Below, one piece after another: positions 28,909 to 39,718 of a DNA stretch of 64,000 nt. The DNA is from Verrucomicrobiales bacterium (GTDB taxonomy: Bacteria; Verrucomicrobiota; Verrucomicrobiia; Verrucomicrobiales; V1-33). The notes under the pieces are model-generated. The model did no database searches. It worked only from the letters and a program-made list of their open reading frames with translations, and was not told the origin of the DNA. The stretch spans positions 14,345 through 78,344 of the forward strand of contig JANOAV010000038.1 of the NCBI GenBank assembly GCA_031411295.1, given 5' to 3'. How positions within the stretch are numbered: position 1 is the stretch's first letter; each line of letters starts with the position of its first letter. The translations under genes and the position numbers were made by a program.

Positions 28909-30981
28909 ATGCGCCTGCACCATCTAGCTCTCTTGAAACTTACGACCCTGATCTGTCTGGGCAGCGGTGGACTGAATGCTCGTGAGTTGACGCTGCTGCC
29001 TACCGCTGAGATCATCGCTAACCCGGAGCGGGGTTTCTATTCAGCCTCGGGTTTGGATACTGGAACGCTCCAGACGAATGCGGCGGCGGGCATTCGTCTG
29101 TGCATCCATGAAATCATCCTCCAGGAGTTTCTCACCGTCCCAATTACGCCGGATAAGCTGGAGGCGATTCGGCAGGATTTCTTAAGGGTGCGGCAGGCCG
29201 GGCTGAAGTGTGTGGTGCGAGTGGCCTACAACGACGACGCGAACCTTCTAGATGCACCATTGTCGATCGTGCAAATGCATCTGGCGCAGCTGAAACCAAT
29301 CTTTGCCGAGTTCGATAGTGTGATTGCCTTTTACCAGGCAGGCATCATTGGCTCCTGGGGCGAGTGGCATGGATCGACAAATCTAACGACGGCGGCAGCT
29401 CGTCAGGCGGTGGTGACAGCGTTGTTGGCTACGTTACCGGCAGGCCGCTTCATTCAAGTGAGGACCCCGGATTTCGTCAATGAACTCAACCAGGGCGCAA
29501 TCCCATTGACCGCCGTTACGGCATTTCAGAATACCCAGCGCGCCCGCTTGGGGCACCACAATGATTGCTGGAGAGCCAGCGCTACGGACTTCGGCACCTA
29601 TTCCTCAGATGCGGTGGTTCAGGAAATCGCGAAAGCCTTCATCGCCAGTCAGACGAAATTTCTACCATGGGGAGGGGAGACGTGTGACTTGGCCCCACCC
29701 TACTCGGACGCTGCGCCCAGCTTGGCGGAGGCGGCCCGTTTCCATGCGACCTATCTCAACAAAGACTATCACCCAGATGTGCTCGAGGCTTGGGAGGGAG
29801 ATGGAACAATGAATGAGCTGCGCAGACAGTTGGGATATCGCTTTGAGTTGCAGAACGCCACGCTGCCGGACAATCTCGGGATCGGGACTTCCTATCCCTA
29901 TCAAATCAAACTTCGCAACCGCGGTTGGGCTCCAGTTTACAATGCGCGTCCGGTATTCCTGCGGGTCATGGCAGGGGATCAGGTCATGTTTGATCTACCG
30001 ATTCCGAACGCCGACCCCCGTTTTTGGACTCCCGAGGCCGGGGAAATCGTGCTGCAGGGGGCGTTTGTGGCCCCGGTCAATGTGGCTGCGAACACACTGG
30101 GTTTCGCGTTTTGGCTGCCCGATGCTGATGAATCGTTGCGAGCCCGGCCAGAGTATTCCATCCGTTGTGCTAACGACTCCGTGTGGTCGGCAGATCAAGG
30201 ACACAATAGCTTGTTCGCAGGAGGTCGCACCCTCGCCAATAAAGTTCGCGTGGATGGTAACTTTGCCGACTGGGCGGGCCGCACCTTTACAGCAGACCCA
30301 GTTGGGGATCACTCGACTGCGATAACAGACTACATTGAGGCCAGTGTTGCGAGCGACCGTGATCGTCTCTACCTCAGGCTCAAATTTCAGCAACCCGTTA
30401 ACTGGGCCGCCAACTCGCACAACAACCTGTATGTGGACACCGACAATAACTCGTCCACGGGCTATCAGGACTCGGGGTTCGGGTCTGACCTGCTGATTCA
30501 GAGCGGGATCGGTTATCGTCAGGTGGCGGGGGTTTTTAACCATGGTTTGATCACCGGCTTGGACTTTCGGATCGCTCCAGCGGGGATCGCCAGCGAGATT
30601 GAAATGTCCGTATCACGCGACGCCATGTTTGCAGGACAACCAATCTTTGCCCGCACCGGCAGCATCGCATTGCTGCTGACAAGTGAGAGCAACAACTATG
30701 TCACTCGTGAGCGACTGCCGGATGCACCAGGTAAATGGATTCACTCATGGCCCTTGGCTGGCCGCACGCTGGCCAGTAACTGGAGTTCAGCCCAAGGGTT
30801 CTCGATAACTGGTGGTGGCAGCGCCAATACCTTTTACCAAGTCTCGTGGAGTAATACCCTCAACGGAGATTGGAAACCCGCTGCCCTCTCCTTAACCGAC
30901 GCTCAGAACCAATCTTATTTCCTGGATCCTGCAGCAGCCACGGTGCCTCGCAGGTTCTATCGCATCTCTGAAGCGCCTTGA
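28909..30981 (+). CDS. Secreted DUF4874/DUF4832-like putative glycoside hydrolase with a C-terminal 'RRFYRI' tail
   Basis: Signal peptide, 'NPERGFY', 'LKCVVRVAY' and 'FYQAGIIGSWGEWHGS', as recalled for DUF4832 TIM-barrel proteins. The family assignment is from memory only. Confidence 0.55.
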   Translation: MRLHHLALLKLTTLICLGSGGLNARELTLLPTAEIIANPERGFYSASGLDTGTLQTNAAAGIRLCIHEIILQEFLTVPITPDKLEAIRQDFLRVRQAGLKCVVRVAYNDDANLLDAPLSIVQMHLAQLKPIFAEFDSVIAFYQAGIIGSWGEWHGSTNLTTAAARQAVVTALLATLPAGRFIQVRTPDFVNELNQGAIPLTAVTAFQNTQRARLGHHNDCWRASATDFGTYSSDAVVQEIAKAFIASQTKFLPWGGETCDLAPPYSDAAPSLAEAARFHATYLNKDYHPDVLEAWEGDGTMNELRRQLGYRFELQNATLPDNLGIGTSYPYQIKLRNRGWAPVYNARPVFLRVMAGDQVMFDLPIPNADPRFWTPEAGEIVLQGAFVAPVNVAANTLGFAFWLPDADESLRARPEYSIRCANDSVWSADQGHNSLFAGGRTLANKVRVDGNFADWAGRTFTADPVGDHSTAITDYIEASVASDRDRLYLRLKFQQPVNWAANSHNNLYVDTDNNSSTGYQDSGFGSDLLIQSGIGYRQVAGVFNHGLITGLDFRIAPAGIASEIEMSVSRDAMFAGQPIFARTGSIALLLTSESNNYVTRERLPDAPGKWIHSWPLAGRTLASNWSSAQGFSITGGGSANTFYQVSWSNTLNGDWKPAALSLTDAQNQSYFLDPAAATVPRRFYRISEAP

Positions 30982-30995
30982 GCGCCTGCGGCAGT

Positions 30996-33533
30996 TCAAG
31001 GCCGCACCAGACGCAGGCGGATGAACCTGCGGAGGCCGCTGCTGAGCGGGATGTTATCGCGCGCTTGTAGCCAAGTTGGCGTGTCTTGGAGAATGGTCGT
31101 TTCTAGATCGCTCCAGTCGGTGAGATCACTGCCGACTTCTATGATGTAGTTTACATCGGTGGCGGCGGGATTGCGCTGCACATCGAGGGTAAGGTAGTCT
31201 GGGGAGCCGATCAGGCCTGGCAGGCCGTTGAGAGATGGGATCAGGGGTTCCAGACCCAGCGCGTATTCAGTTAGATTATCACAGCCATCGAAATCGGGAT
31301 CAGCATTATCTCCGCGGATGAGGTCGTTGTTCGCATCGGGGCCAAATTTATCCAACTGCCAGAGTGCGATGGGTGGACTTCCTTCCGGGGTGTCTAGGAT
31401 CGTCACGCTGCCGCTTGATAACACCCCAAGACGATATTCAACGTTGGGATTGCCAGTCAAGGTGATGGTCTCTGCGCCTTGTCGCAGGCTGTCTGGCTGC
31501 GGCGTGACATTAATCGTCTGGCCGGAAGCTCCGGCGGGAATGGTGACTGGCACCGTGATGGGTGCATAGCGCGAACCTGCGGCAGTCCCGCCGAGCGTAG
31601 CCTGGACGCTGAGTGGATTGATGGTGGGACCACTGCGCGTTATGCTGAATTGTCCGGCCACTGGACCGTATTCTGCGGCGGTCGGCTGCGGAGTGCTAAC
31701 CGTAATCAGCGGACCTTTATCGATGCTAAAATAATCATCCACCGTTCCGGTGCTGGTGATGAACTTGGCATCGAGCCGATTCCCGTCAATATCCAAGACC
31801 AGTGACCCTAACCGCAGCTCTGAATGATGCATGACGGGATGCGGGTGTGGGTTAAATTTCACCGTGCTGTTGTCCGTCCAATACGTTGCTTGGCCGGAAC
31901 TTCCGGCAACGACATAGACCACGCCCGCATGCGGCCCGTAGTCTTTACCGTAACCACCGTCTCCATCTCGTTTCCCGTCGCCTGCATCCTTGAAGGTTCC
32001 GCTGGTGGCGAGTGTGGGAGTGGCATAGAAGCCTTCGATTAAACGAGATCGCTCGTAGCAATGACTGTGGCCGCAGAGCACGAGATCCACTCCTGCGTCA
32101 TCCATTATTGGAACCAGAGTCTGGCGCGCCCAGGTGGGTTGGGATTCGACATCGGAATCATGGCTTCCCTTCGTATAGGGCGGGTGATGCCAAATGGCGA
32201 TGGTCCAGCGTCGGGTATTCGCAGCCAGATCATTGTTCAACCATGTGAGCATGTTGCTGCGCAGGGTGGCATTATTGGTCTGCACGTCCAGGCTGATGAA
32301 ATGCACATTTCCGAAATCCCACGAGAAATAGCGCTCCGTGCCGGAGGCATAGCCGCCACATTCAGCAGCGGTGGGGAAAGTGAAAATATCGAAGTAGGGC
32401 ACTCCGGAATAACTGCCAGTCCTAACTTGGTCCGTCTCGTGATTCCCCAGGCAGGACCAAACGGGGCTTTGCTGCAGCACCGCCGGATAGGTATCAAAGA
32501 GCGCGCTTTGGTATTCGGAATCAGTGCCCGCGTTGTAAGCGTTATCCCCTAGCAGCAAAATCATGTCGTTGAACTTGTAAGTGCTGCTCAGATAGTAAGC
32601 ATCGCGCACGGCTCGCTGACCGGTGTTGGCGGTGCCTGAATCTCCCAGTGCCCAGAGGCGCATGGGGCGGTCAGTGCCTGGAATCGGAGCCGTCCTGAAA
32701 TAATGCTCCGCATCCTCACCCACCATCGTCTTGGTGGTGGATCCGATGGAGTAGAAATATTTCGTGTCAGGCTGGAGTCCTGTCATCCGCACTTCATGCT
32801 CCATGGTGACAGTCGCGTCTCTGGTAATGCTAGTCAGCGCCCCCAGAGCCGTGCCGATGCGGACCACGCTGTCAGAGTCTGTGCTGGTCCGCCAACGCAG
32901 CGTCATGCCGGAGTCTGTATTCATCAGTAAATAAGGCCCCCGCGTCACCTCGGAAAGCCCCGCCAACTGAAGGTCGAAAGCGATGTCCGAACTCGCAGCA
33001 GAGGACTGATGAATCTCGACCGCGATGGTGTTCAAGCCAGTGACAAAGGTGCTGGTTGGCAACGCCCAAGACTTGCTGGCATTGTCTGCGCTGGCGGAAG
33101 TGGCGAACGTATCGAAGGCCGCGGCCGCAGGAAGATTCGCGGTTCGCGCAGCTTCCACGCCATTGATGAACACCGCTGCGGAGTCATCATACGTCAGCGT
33201 GAGCCGAATCGCGTTGAACTGACTGGGATCGATTAGGTTCACCGTTGCACGGAAATAAGTCGTCGCGTTTTTCTGCGTGCCAGCCGCAACGGGATCGGTG
33301 TCGATGTAACCAACCACGGTTGTTTCGGTTCCGCCGCCATAGCCCAGTTGAGCAGGACCCGAGGCCCACGCGGTGTCATCAAACGCTGGAGCCCGCCAGG
33401 CGATGCCCTGATCGCTGCCGTCATCCAGATAACGCCACGTGGAGCCACTGGGAAGGAGTGTGGTCGTTTGCGCCTGCAACTTGGCACTCAGGCTCAGACA
33501 AGCGTAGAGCAGCATAAACGGAATGAATTTCAT
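30996..33533 (-). CDS. Secreted metallophosphoesterase (purple-acid-phosphatase-like) with an N-terminal CotH-associated beta-sandwich module and the C-terminal DxDxDG...RRFIRL module
   Basis: Signal peptide and calcineurin-like motifs 'LWALGDSG', 'LLLGDNAY', 'CLGNHE', 'IWHHPPY' and 'LCGHSHCYERS'. The ATG overlaps the stop of the upstream TPR gene (ATGA). Confidence 0.8.
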   Translation of the reverse strand: MKFIPFMLLYACLSLSAKLQAQTTTLLPSGSTWRYLDDGSDQGIAWRAPAFDDTAWASGPAQLGYGGGTETTVVGYIDTDPVAAGTQKNATTYFRATVNLIDPSQFNAIRLTLTYDDSAAVFINGVEAARTANLPAAAAFDTFATSASADNASKSWALPTSTFVTGLNTIAVEIHQSSAASSDIAFDLQLAGLSEVTRGPYLLMNTDSGMTLRWRTSTDSDSVVRIGTALGALTSITRDATVTMEHEVRMTGLQPDTKYFYSIGSTTKTMVGEDAEHYFRTAPIPGTDRPMRLWALGDSGTANTGQRAVRDAYYLSSTYKFNDMILLLGDNAYNAGTDSEYQSALFDTYPAVLQQSPVWSCLGNHETDQVRTGSYSGVPYFDIFTFPTAAECGGYASGTERYFSWDFGNVHFISLDVQTNNATLRSNMLTWLNNDLAANTRRWTIAIWHHPPYTKGSHDSDVESQPTWARQTLVPIMDDAGVDLVLCGHSHCYERSRLIEGFYATPTLATSGTFKDAGDGKRDGDGGYGKDYGPHAGVVYVVAGSSGQATYWTDNSTVKFNPHPHPVMHHSELRLGSLVLDIDGNRLDAKFITSTGTVDDYFSIDKGPLITVSTPQPTAAEYGPVAGQFSITRSGPTINPLSVQATLGGTAAGSRYAPITVPVTIPAGASGQTINVTPQPDSLRQGAETITLTGNPNVEYRLGVLSSGSVTILDTPEGSPPIALWQLDKFGPDANNDLIRGDNADPDFDGCDNLTEYALGLEPLIPSLNGLPGLIGSPDYLTLDVQRNPAATDVNYIIEVGSDLTDWSDLETTILQDTPTWLQARDNIPLSSGLRRFIRLRLVRP

Positions 33534-34354
33534 GGAGCTTTGGTGCGGACAGCATTGCGTGCGGTTTCGATTTGTTTCGCCAGGGCGAGGTTGGCTTTGG
33601 TTTCCCGCTTATGCCCCGGAAGCTTGGCAAAGGCCGTGGCGGCTTCATCCCAAGCGGTGCGCGCCTCATCCAAGCGGCTGCATTTTTCCAGCAAGCAGGC
33701 TTTGCGCACGAGCCAAATGTCCGGCCGAGGCTCGCGCGCGATAAAGTCATTTAGCCGAACCAATGCCCCTTCGGTTAGCCCTGCACGCTCCTGAATTTCC
33801 AAAGCCTGCTGCTCCAGCACCGGCACGCGTCCATGGGCTTTACTGGCTGCATCCAGGCTCCGCACAGCCTCGGCCGCCTGACCATGACGCACCAGCAATT
33901 GCGCATGCTCAGTAGCATACTGGGGCTCAGGCGAAGCGGCTATCGCTGCGCGCAGATCCACTTCCGCTTTCCTCCACTCGCCTTTCTTTTCGAGTAATCC
34001 AGCTCGCAACACACGGCCAACTGCGTGGTCAGGATTCCTTTCCAGAAACAAGTCCAACAACTGGAACGCATCCTTCTCGCGACCCTGCGCAAGCCTCACC
34101 CGAGCCAAACTCAAGTTTACGATCTCCATGCTAGGCTGGAGTTTGCGGGCTTGAAGAAAGTCCGCTTCCGCGGCACCCAGATCTCCATGGGCGAGTTGCA
34201 ACTCCGCCCGCCGAAAGAACAACGCCGCATCACCCGGCGTTTCCGCAATGAGCGCTGACACCGCTGCAATGGCTTCATGTGAGTCACCATGGGCTTGCAC
34301 GCTCATTGGCAGCGCCCAGATGGCGGCTGAAATTAGCAGATGAAATCGTTTCAT
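33530..34354 (-). CDS. Secreted TPR-repeat protein (mature N-terminus 'HGDSHEAI')
   Basis: Signal peptide 'MKRFHLLISAAIWALPMSVQA' followed by ~6 TPR-like helical pairs. Translationally coupled to the phosphoesterase gene. Confidence 0.7.
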   Translation of the reverse strand: MKRFHLLISAAIWALPMSVQAHGDSHEAIAAVSALIAETPGDAALFFRRAELQLAHGDLGAAEADFLQARKLQPSMEIVNLSLARVRLAQGREKDAFQLLDLFLERNPDHAVGRVLRAGLLEKKGEWRKAEVDLRAAIAASPEPQYATEHAQLLVRHGQAAEAVRSLDAASKAHGRVPVLEQQALEIQERAGLTEGALVRLNDFIAREPRPDIWLVRKACLLEKCSRLDEARTAWDEAATAFAKLPGHKRETKANLALAKQIETARNAVRTKAP

Positions 34355-34402
34355 GGAGTGGATTAATTAATGGGTCAGGGGCGTGCCTATTCCGGGTTCG
34401 AT

Positions 34403-37400
34403 TCACGGTTTCTGCGAGACCCCAAGCCTGTAGAAACGATGCACCTGGCTGGAGGCAGGCTCCACATAGGTGCGCGTTTGTTTGCCTGCTGTCAGGGAGA
34501 TGGGGGGCGCGTCCACGCGGGTCCAAGCCGCCAAATCAGAGGAAGCCTCCAGGAAATAGTCCACGTCTGGCATCAGCATATTCACTTCAAATGTGGCCAC
34601 AAATTCCCCCGAGCCGAGCGAGTAGGTCAGTGGAAGCATGCGCGTGCTCAAATTTGGATCCGTGCCCAGTGCATACTCCATCAAGTTAGTGTAACCGTCA
34701 CTATCTGAATCCGCTAGCATTCCCGCCACGCTGTGGGCCGTGGCCCAGTCTGCGAAGCGATTCCCCGGTGCCGCCGTGCCGGGCGAGGCATTTGCGGCCA
34801 TCCAGTTGATGTAGTCATTGCCGTAGTCCTTTTCGGAAAGTTTCGTCAGTGACGGACCGTCGCCATCCGGTGTCGTGGGCCATGGCGCAGCATCCTCGAA
34901 ATTCACCCGATCCTGCCGCACGTATTGCAGCACGTTCAAGGCATCCACTGCGCCTGGACGATCCAGTTGCAGCGACTCTCCACCGTTGGCCAATCCTCCC
35001 GTCAGCCATTCGTAAACTCTGGTTCCCGCAGGCGCCAGCGCGCCATAAGCCGTCGTGAATTGAGGGATATTCTTGGTCAGGATGATGCGCTCGCCTGGGA
35101 GCATTGTGACCGGAGTGACTGAGGGGAATTCGAAATCAATGCCATCGCTCAAGCGCCAAGCCTTGGCCTTTACGCTGTCAAAGAGAGTGACGGAGGCATT
35201 GCTGACGTTGAGCAGTTCGATATACTCGGAGTCTCCGTTGCCAGCAGGATGATACATGACCTCGGAAATCACGATCGGCCCCACGCGCGGCCCGCTGTTG
35301 GTGGCATTGGGTGTCGGGCTGGCCATGGCCACGAAGTTGTAGGAGTCGCTACTAGGTTTGTAGTAGGCTCCCAGCGATTCGCCTTCCGTGCTGGGGCCGA
35401 AGTCTTCCTTGGACTGGTAATCAGTGAGTTGATCATTGGCAGCGGAACTGAGATAGACCGTCTCACCCACATCGCTCAGGGCGAAAGGAGTTACTTTGTT
35501 TACGTCCACGCTGGTGGCTCCGAAGTTGGTGCTCTCATAAAATGTCACGAACCCATCAGCAGGAATCACCGTGCCAACGGGGATGCGATAACGCAGCAGG
35601 TCAGAACCACTATCACTGAGGAACCACCCGCCGATGTTCATGGGATTGCCCGTGCGGTTGTGCAGCTCGATCCAATCGCTGGCGGCCCCGGAGTTGGACA
35701 GCACTTCATTGATCACCACCGTTTCCCCGATGGTGTAGGGATAATGACCCACGTTATAAACATACTGGGCCCCACGATCCACCACCGTCGCATCCGGGTC
35801 CAGGGCATGAGCAGGATCGCCCGAATTGATCACTGGGGATTCAGGACGCACTTGGAAATTCAGCGTCACAGGATCAATGAACATTGGATCCGCCAGCATG
35901 TTTTCCGTCCCATCAATGGCCAAGTTATCGCTGAGGCAATACGCCGTGCTGACAGTCGAGAATCCATCCACCGTTACTGGCGGAGTGATGGACTTGGAAA
36001 TGATGGTGTTGGTGATCACAGCAGAGCCGCCCCCATCACCAAAGTTCTTTTCATAGATGGCAACACCCGTGCCACAGGAGGCGAAGGTGTTCTGATCAAT
36101 CGTCGCGAACGAGCCTGTATCCTTGATGCCAACCCCAAGCACGCATCCCACCACCAAGTTTTTGCGAATGATAACAGTGGACCCCTGACCGACGGAGAAG
36201 CCTTTGTCAGAGTTGTAGTAGATCAGATTCCCCTGAATTAATACATTCGTGCAGGCTTCACCAATGTCGATCCCATCGCTGTTGGAGCCTTGGAAACGAT
36301 AGATGTGGCAGTCTTCAATGAGTCCATTCGTCACGCCGTCGTAGTCGATGGCATCCGTGTCGGGCGCATTATTGCCGGGGAAAATACAGCGCTGGGTGGT
36401 GGCCAGGCCCTGCTTCACATTGATGCAGTCGCCCGTGTAGGGATTGTAAAGTCGGCTGTCGCGCAAGGTGGTATTGCCGCCGCGCGCAAACACTGGACCT
36501 TCCGAATCAGCAACATCAATGTAATCCAGAATCAGCGTGGCATTGAGCCCGGAGATGGCCGAAGGATACTTCGTGGCATCGAATCCCTTGGTGGCTTGGC
36601 GAATGAACACGTGATTCAGATGGGAGGGGCCGCTGGGATTTTCAAAACTGATGCCGCCCCACCGTTCGCCATTTCTTCCCACGATGGAGACCGGCTGCGC
36701 AGTCGTTCCATCAATGTTCAGCACGCCCTGCACGCGAATGTTGCGGAGTGCTGTCATCCGAATTTCCACGCCTGCTGGAACAGTCAGCGTGATGCCGCTT
36801 GGGATGATGAGATCCCCACTCAGCACGTATGGCGAAGCCGCTGCGCTCAGCGTAGTGTTGCTGGCCAGAGTTCCTCCAATCACAGTCTCCGTGGCAGGAA
36901 CAAAATTTGCGGTAATGGTCTTCGCAGCCGTAATCGTGACACTGATGCTGTCCCCCCCGGTGGCTCCAGTCCAACCGCTGAAAGCATAGCCCGGGGCGGG
37001 CTGCGCCTTGAGCGTGAACGGAACATTGGGGAACATTTTGAACGTCGAGGGATCGACCGGGACCCCCTGCACCAACACCTTGCCTTGTTCAGTATTGTTG
37101 ACTGCGAGGGTGAAATTGACCGCAGTGCCCACGCCAAGCTGCGTGGTGGCTTCGCCATAGAAATTTGCCGTCCGTTGCACCGCATAATCTTTGATGTTTT
37201 GAATATTGCTCGCCCGGGTGGCAACGGTGGTCCCATTGGGTGCCCAACGTGTGACATGGCGTGGAATTTCGGCTGCGATCTCCGTGTCCATGGCCGAAAT
37301 GATGGCATCCACCCGGGAGGCTTTAAATGTCCCCGCCACGTGTGCGGCATAACGCTGAGCCAGGCGACCTTTGAATGGAACGTTAAGCTTCAGACGTTTC

Positions 37401-39649
37401 AGCACGTCCTCGCTCGTGAGCATGTCCGCCAACACACCTGTCAGACTGCTGGTCGAGAAGGTCCGGTCCATGTCGGTCAGAAACCAGCGCCAGCGGGCTC
37501 CGGGCTGTTTCGCTTTCCAGAATTCGCGGTTGTGCAACCAACTGATATTATTGCCGTAAGATTCAGAAATCACAAAATCCATGAAGCTCTCCACATCGAT
37601 CTTCGATTCCACGTAGTCCCAATTTGCCTGCACCGTGAGGTCCGCCGTATTGATGAAATTCATCAGGTCCAGCCAGTCTTTGTTATCTCCCTTGTCCACC
37701 CCCAAAGTGACAGCAGCGCTGCTGATGTGGCCATAGAGCAAGTGATCAATTTTGTCTGACGGCAAATGGAATTGCTGTGCGAACCACATGTCATCCCAAC
37801 GCTGGCGGATATCGTGCACGCCGAAGTAGGCTCCGTTGATAAACACCACGCTGGGCCGGTAATCCGCAGTGTCCACATTCAGGAAACCATGCGCCAGCTT
37901 GGGATAGAGCGCATCCCGCAGCATATCCCTATCCCAATTGTCCCCGCCATCCCGCAGGGTGAAGGCACTGTGCAGCGGGATCTGCGTCCCTGGAAACAAA
38001 TCGTATTTGATTTCCGTCTCACCATAACTGCCGCGCATGGCCAAGTTCAGCGCCTTCTGCGGGTGCACCCAGTTATTCTCACCACCGATGCGGATGCCGC
38101 AATTGGCCCTAAAACCACCGCCGCCGGGCGCGAAGAATTCCACATGTCCGGGTGCATCCTTGCCTTTGTAAACGTCGTTTAATCCGTAGCTGCCAGTCAC
38201 GCTTTCATGCTGGTTGGCATAGATTCCGATGGTATTGCCAAACATGGTCACTGGATCTGCCACCACGGAAATGTAAGGAACGGTTCCCTGCGTTTCCCCA
38301 CGGAAATACGTCCGCGTGAGGATCGGACCCGGAGTGCGTCCGGCCTCGAAACAACGTGCCCGCAGCACGGTTGTGGCTGTGATGCTGATGGGGCCGGAGT
38401 AGAGCGGGGAGGTGCTCTTGGGGTTGCTGCCATCAAGCGTGTAGCGAATCTGCCCGCCAGCACTGGAGAGGCTCACTGTTTGATTCGCGGCATAGATTCC
38501 GCCCGCCAGCGAGGCCGTCACCTCGCGGCCATCCACCCGCACGTCATCCACGCCCGCCGTGGTATTGTCCGCGCCCGGTGTGGGTTCGGCAAATTGCTTC
38601 CACACCGTGGGGTTCGTCGCATCCCGTCCATAAGAAACATCAGTGACCTGGGTGGTGAAATCCACCGTATCCACCGTGGTGGCGGAAGTGTGGGAATAAC
38701 CCACCAAACTGAGATCCATGTCCAAGTCCACGCTGGTCACCACGCCTTGGTGAACTTCCACCGCCAACACATTCTCTCCAGCCACCAAGGATGAACTGGG
38801 AACGTAGTAGGGATTATAAACAGTAGGCGCACCACTCAATGGTAATGCGGCGGGAGTGCGATATCCGATGTCTCCGGTCGGCATGTTATAGCGGGCAATT
38901 TCACTCCCATTCAGATAAACTACGGCCCCGTCATCAATCAGGATTTTCAGCAACAGGCTGTGGTAAACCGAAGGATCAGCGACGTTGAACGCATGGCGAA
39001 AATAGGTCGTGATGTAGCGATTATTATTCACTGGCCCCCAGCCAACGGTTGTCGCTGGCGAATTGCCGTAGCCTAATTTTGCGGGTCCAGCCGCCCAGGC
39101 AGTGTCATCGAAAATGCGGGCTCGCCACTGCGTGCTTTGATCTGATCCATTGTCCAAATATTTCCACACGGCCACCGTCTGCGGGGCCACCGGAACCGGG
39201 TTGGACGCATTTACCAACGGCACGGTGACAATGCCCGTGGCCTGCGTTAATACCACGGATTCGCCATCCGCACTGAGTCCGAAGTTCGTGTGATATCTCT
39301 CCGTGACAAAACTTTTCCAAGGCCAGTAACCCCGGGGAAACGTCTGCCCGGGAGCCGCATCATGACTATCCGCCATGAACAGCAAATGCCCGCCCGCAGG
39401 GATGGTAGCGGTGGACGGAATGGCCCACTTGTAGGGATTGGAAGGATCGTCACTCAGGAAATAGCCGTCCAGACTGGCCGTAGTGGCACCGGCATTTTTC
39501 AATTCAATCCAATCCGGATAATCTTCAAAATCCGTAATGTCCGGAAAACAGCGGGCATTTGAAGCCACAATTTCATTGATCTGAACTTGCGCTGCGGCCA
39601 CGGTGAGCCCGCAGCAGAGGCTGCAGGCGAGAGTTAGGATTTTATTCAT
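34403..39649 (-). CDS. Giant secreted CotH-kinase-family protein with three lamin-tail domains (LTD), a right-handed beta-helix region, one InlB-B-like unit and the C-terminal DxDxDG...HRFYRL module
   Basis: 'MNKILTLACSLCCGLTVAAAQ' signal peptide. LTDs: 'VQINEIVASN...DWIELKNAG...LDGYFLSDD', 'VINEVLSNSG..SDWIELHNRTG' and 'IVISEVMYHP...EYIELLNVS'. CotH core: 'RDALYPKLA...YRPSVVFINGAYFGVHDIRQRWD'. Start moved from the ORF-track GTG (39754, which reads through a C12 run) to the ATG at 39649. Confidence 0.85.
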   Translation of the reverse strand: MNKILTLACSLCCGLTVAAAQVQINEIVASNARCFPDITDFEDYPDWIELKNAGATTASLDGYFLSDDPSNPYKWAIPSTATIPAGGHLLFMADSHDAAPGQTFPRGYWPWKSFVTERYHTNFGLSADGESVVLTQATGIVTVPLVNASNPVPVAPQTVAVWKYLDNGSDQSTQWRARIFDDTAWAAGPAKLGYGNSPATTVGWGPVNNNRYITTYFRHAFNVADPSVYHSLLLKILIDDGAVVYLNGSEIARYNMPTGDIGYRTPAALPLSGAPTVYNPYYVPSSSLVAGENVLAVEVHQGVVTSVDLDMDLSLVGYSHTSATTVDTVDFTTQVTDVSYGRDATNPTVWKQFAEPTPGADNTTAGVDDVRVDGREVTASLAGGIYAANQTVSLSSAGGQIRYTLDGSNPKSTSPLYSGPISITATTVLRARCFEAGRTPGPILTRTYFRGETQGTVPYISVVADPVTMFGNTIGIYANQHESVTGSYGLNDVYKGKDAPGHVEFFAPGGGGFRANCGIRIGGENNWVHPQKALNLAMRGSYGETEIKYDLFPGTQIPLHSAFTLRDGGDNWDRDMLRDALYPKLAHGFLNVDTADYRPSVVFINGAYFGVHDIRQRWDDMWFAQQFHLPSDKIDHLLYGHISSAAVTLGVDKGDNKDWLDLMNFINTADLTVQANWDYVESKIDVESFMDFVISESYGNNISWLHNREFWKAKQPGARWRWFLTDMDRTFSTSSLTGVLADMLTSEDVLKRLKLNVPFKGRLAQRYAAHVAGTFKASRVDAIISAMDTEIAAEIPRHVTRWAPNGTTVATRASNIQNIKDYAVQRTANFYGEATTQLGVGTAVNFTLAVNNTEQGKVLVQGVPVDPSTFKMFPNVPFTLKAQPAPGYAFSGWTGATGGDSISVTITAAKTITANFVPATETVIGGTLASNTTLSAAASPYVLSGDLIIPSGITLTVPAGVEIRMTALRNIRVQGVLNIDGTTAQPVSIVGRNGERWGGISFENPSGPSHLNHVFIRQATKGFDATKYPSAISGLNATLILDYIDVADSEGPVFARGGNTTLRDSRLYNPYTGDCINVKQGLATTQRCIFPGNNAPDTDAIDYDGVTNGLIEDCHIYRFQGSNSDGIDIGEACTNVLIQGNLIYYNSDKGFSVGQGSTVIIRKNLVVGCVLGVGIKDTGSFATIDQNTFASCGTGVAIYEKNFGDGGGSAVITNTIISKSITPPVTVDGFSTVSTAYCLSDNLAIDGTENMLADPMFIDPVTLNFQVRPESPVINSGDPAHALDPDATVVDRGAQYVYNVGHYPYTIGETVVINEVLSNSGAASDWIELHNRTGNPMNIGGWFLSDSGSDLLRYRIPVGTVIPADGFVTFYESTNFGATSVDVNKVTPFALSDVGETVYLSSAANDQLTDYQSKEDFGPSTEGESLGAYYKPSSDSYNFVAMASPTPNATNSGPRVGPIVISEVMYHPAGNGDSEYIELLNVSNASVTLFDSVKAKAWRLSDGIDFEFPSVTPVTMLPGERIILTKNIPQFTTAYGALAPAGTRVYEWLTGGLANGGESLQLDRPGAVDALNVLQYVRQDRVNFEDAAPWPTTPDGDGPSLTKLSEKDYGNDYINWMAANASPGTAAPGNRFADWATAHSVAGMLADSDSDGYTNLMEYALGTDPNLSTRMLPLTYSLGSGEFVATFEVNMLMPDVDYFLEASSDLAAWTRVDAPPISLTAGKQTRTYVEPASSQVHRFYRLGVSQKP

Positions 39650-39718
39650 AGTAAGGAGGGACGCATCTCCGAACTGCTGGGGGAGCTTTGGTCGAAATTG
39701 CTGGTTTGGGATGGAATT

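Noticed and set aside
34385-34405. 'GGGTTCGATTCAC', resembling a tRNA T-loop
   Set aside because: The flanks do not form a T-stem or an acceptor/anticodon cloverleaf, and the sequence lies at the 3' end of the CotH gene. No tRNA or rRNA genes were recognised in the window.
35249-37759. Long plus-strand ORFs (330 aa and 489 aa) inside the CotH/LTD gene
   Set aside because: They are antisense to a 1,748-aa ORF with clear LTD/CotH motifs. Their translations are low-complexity and Arg/Gly/His-rich with no motifs, as is typical of shadow ORFs in GC-rich DNA.
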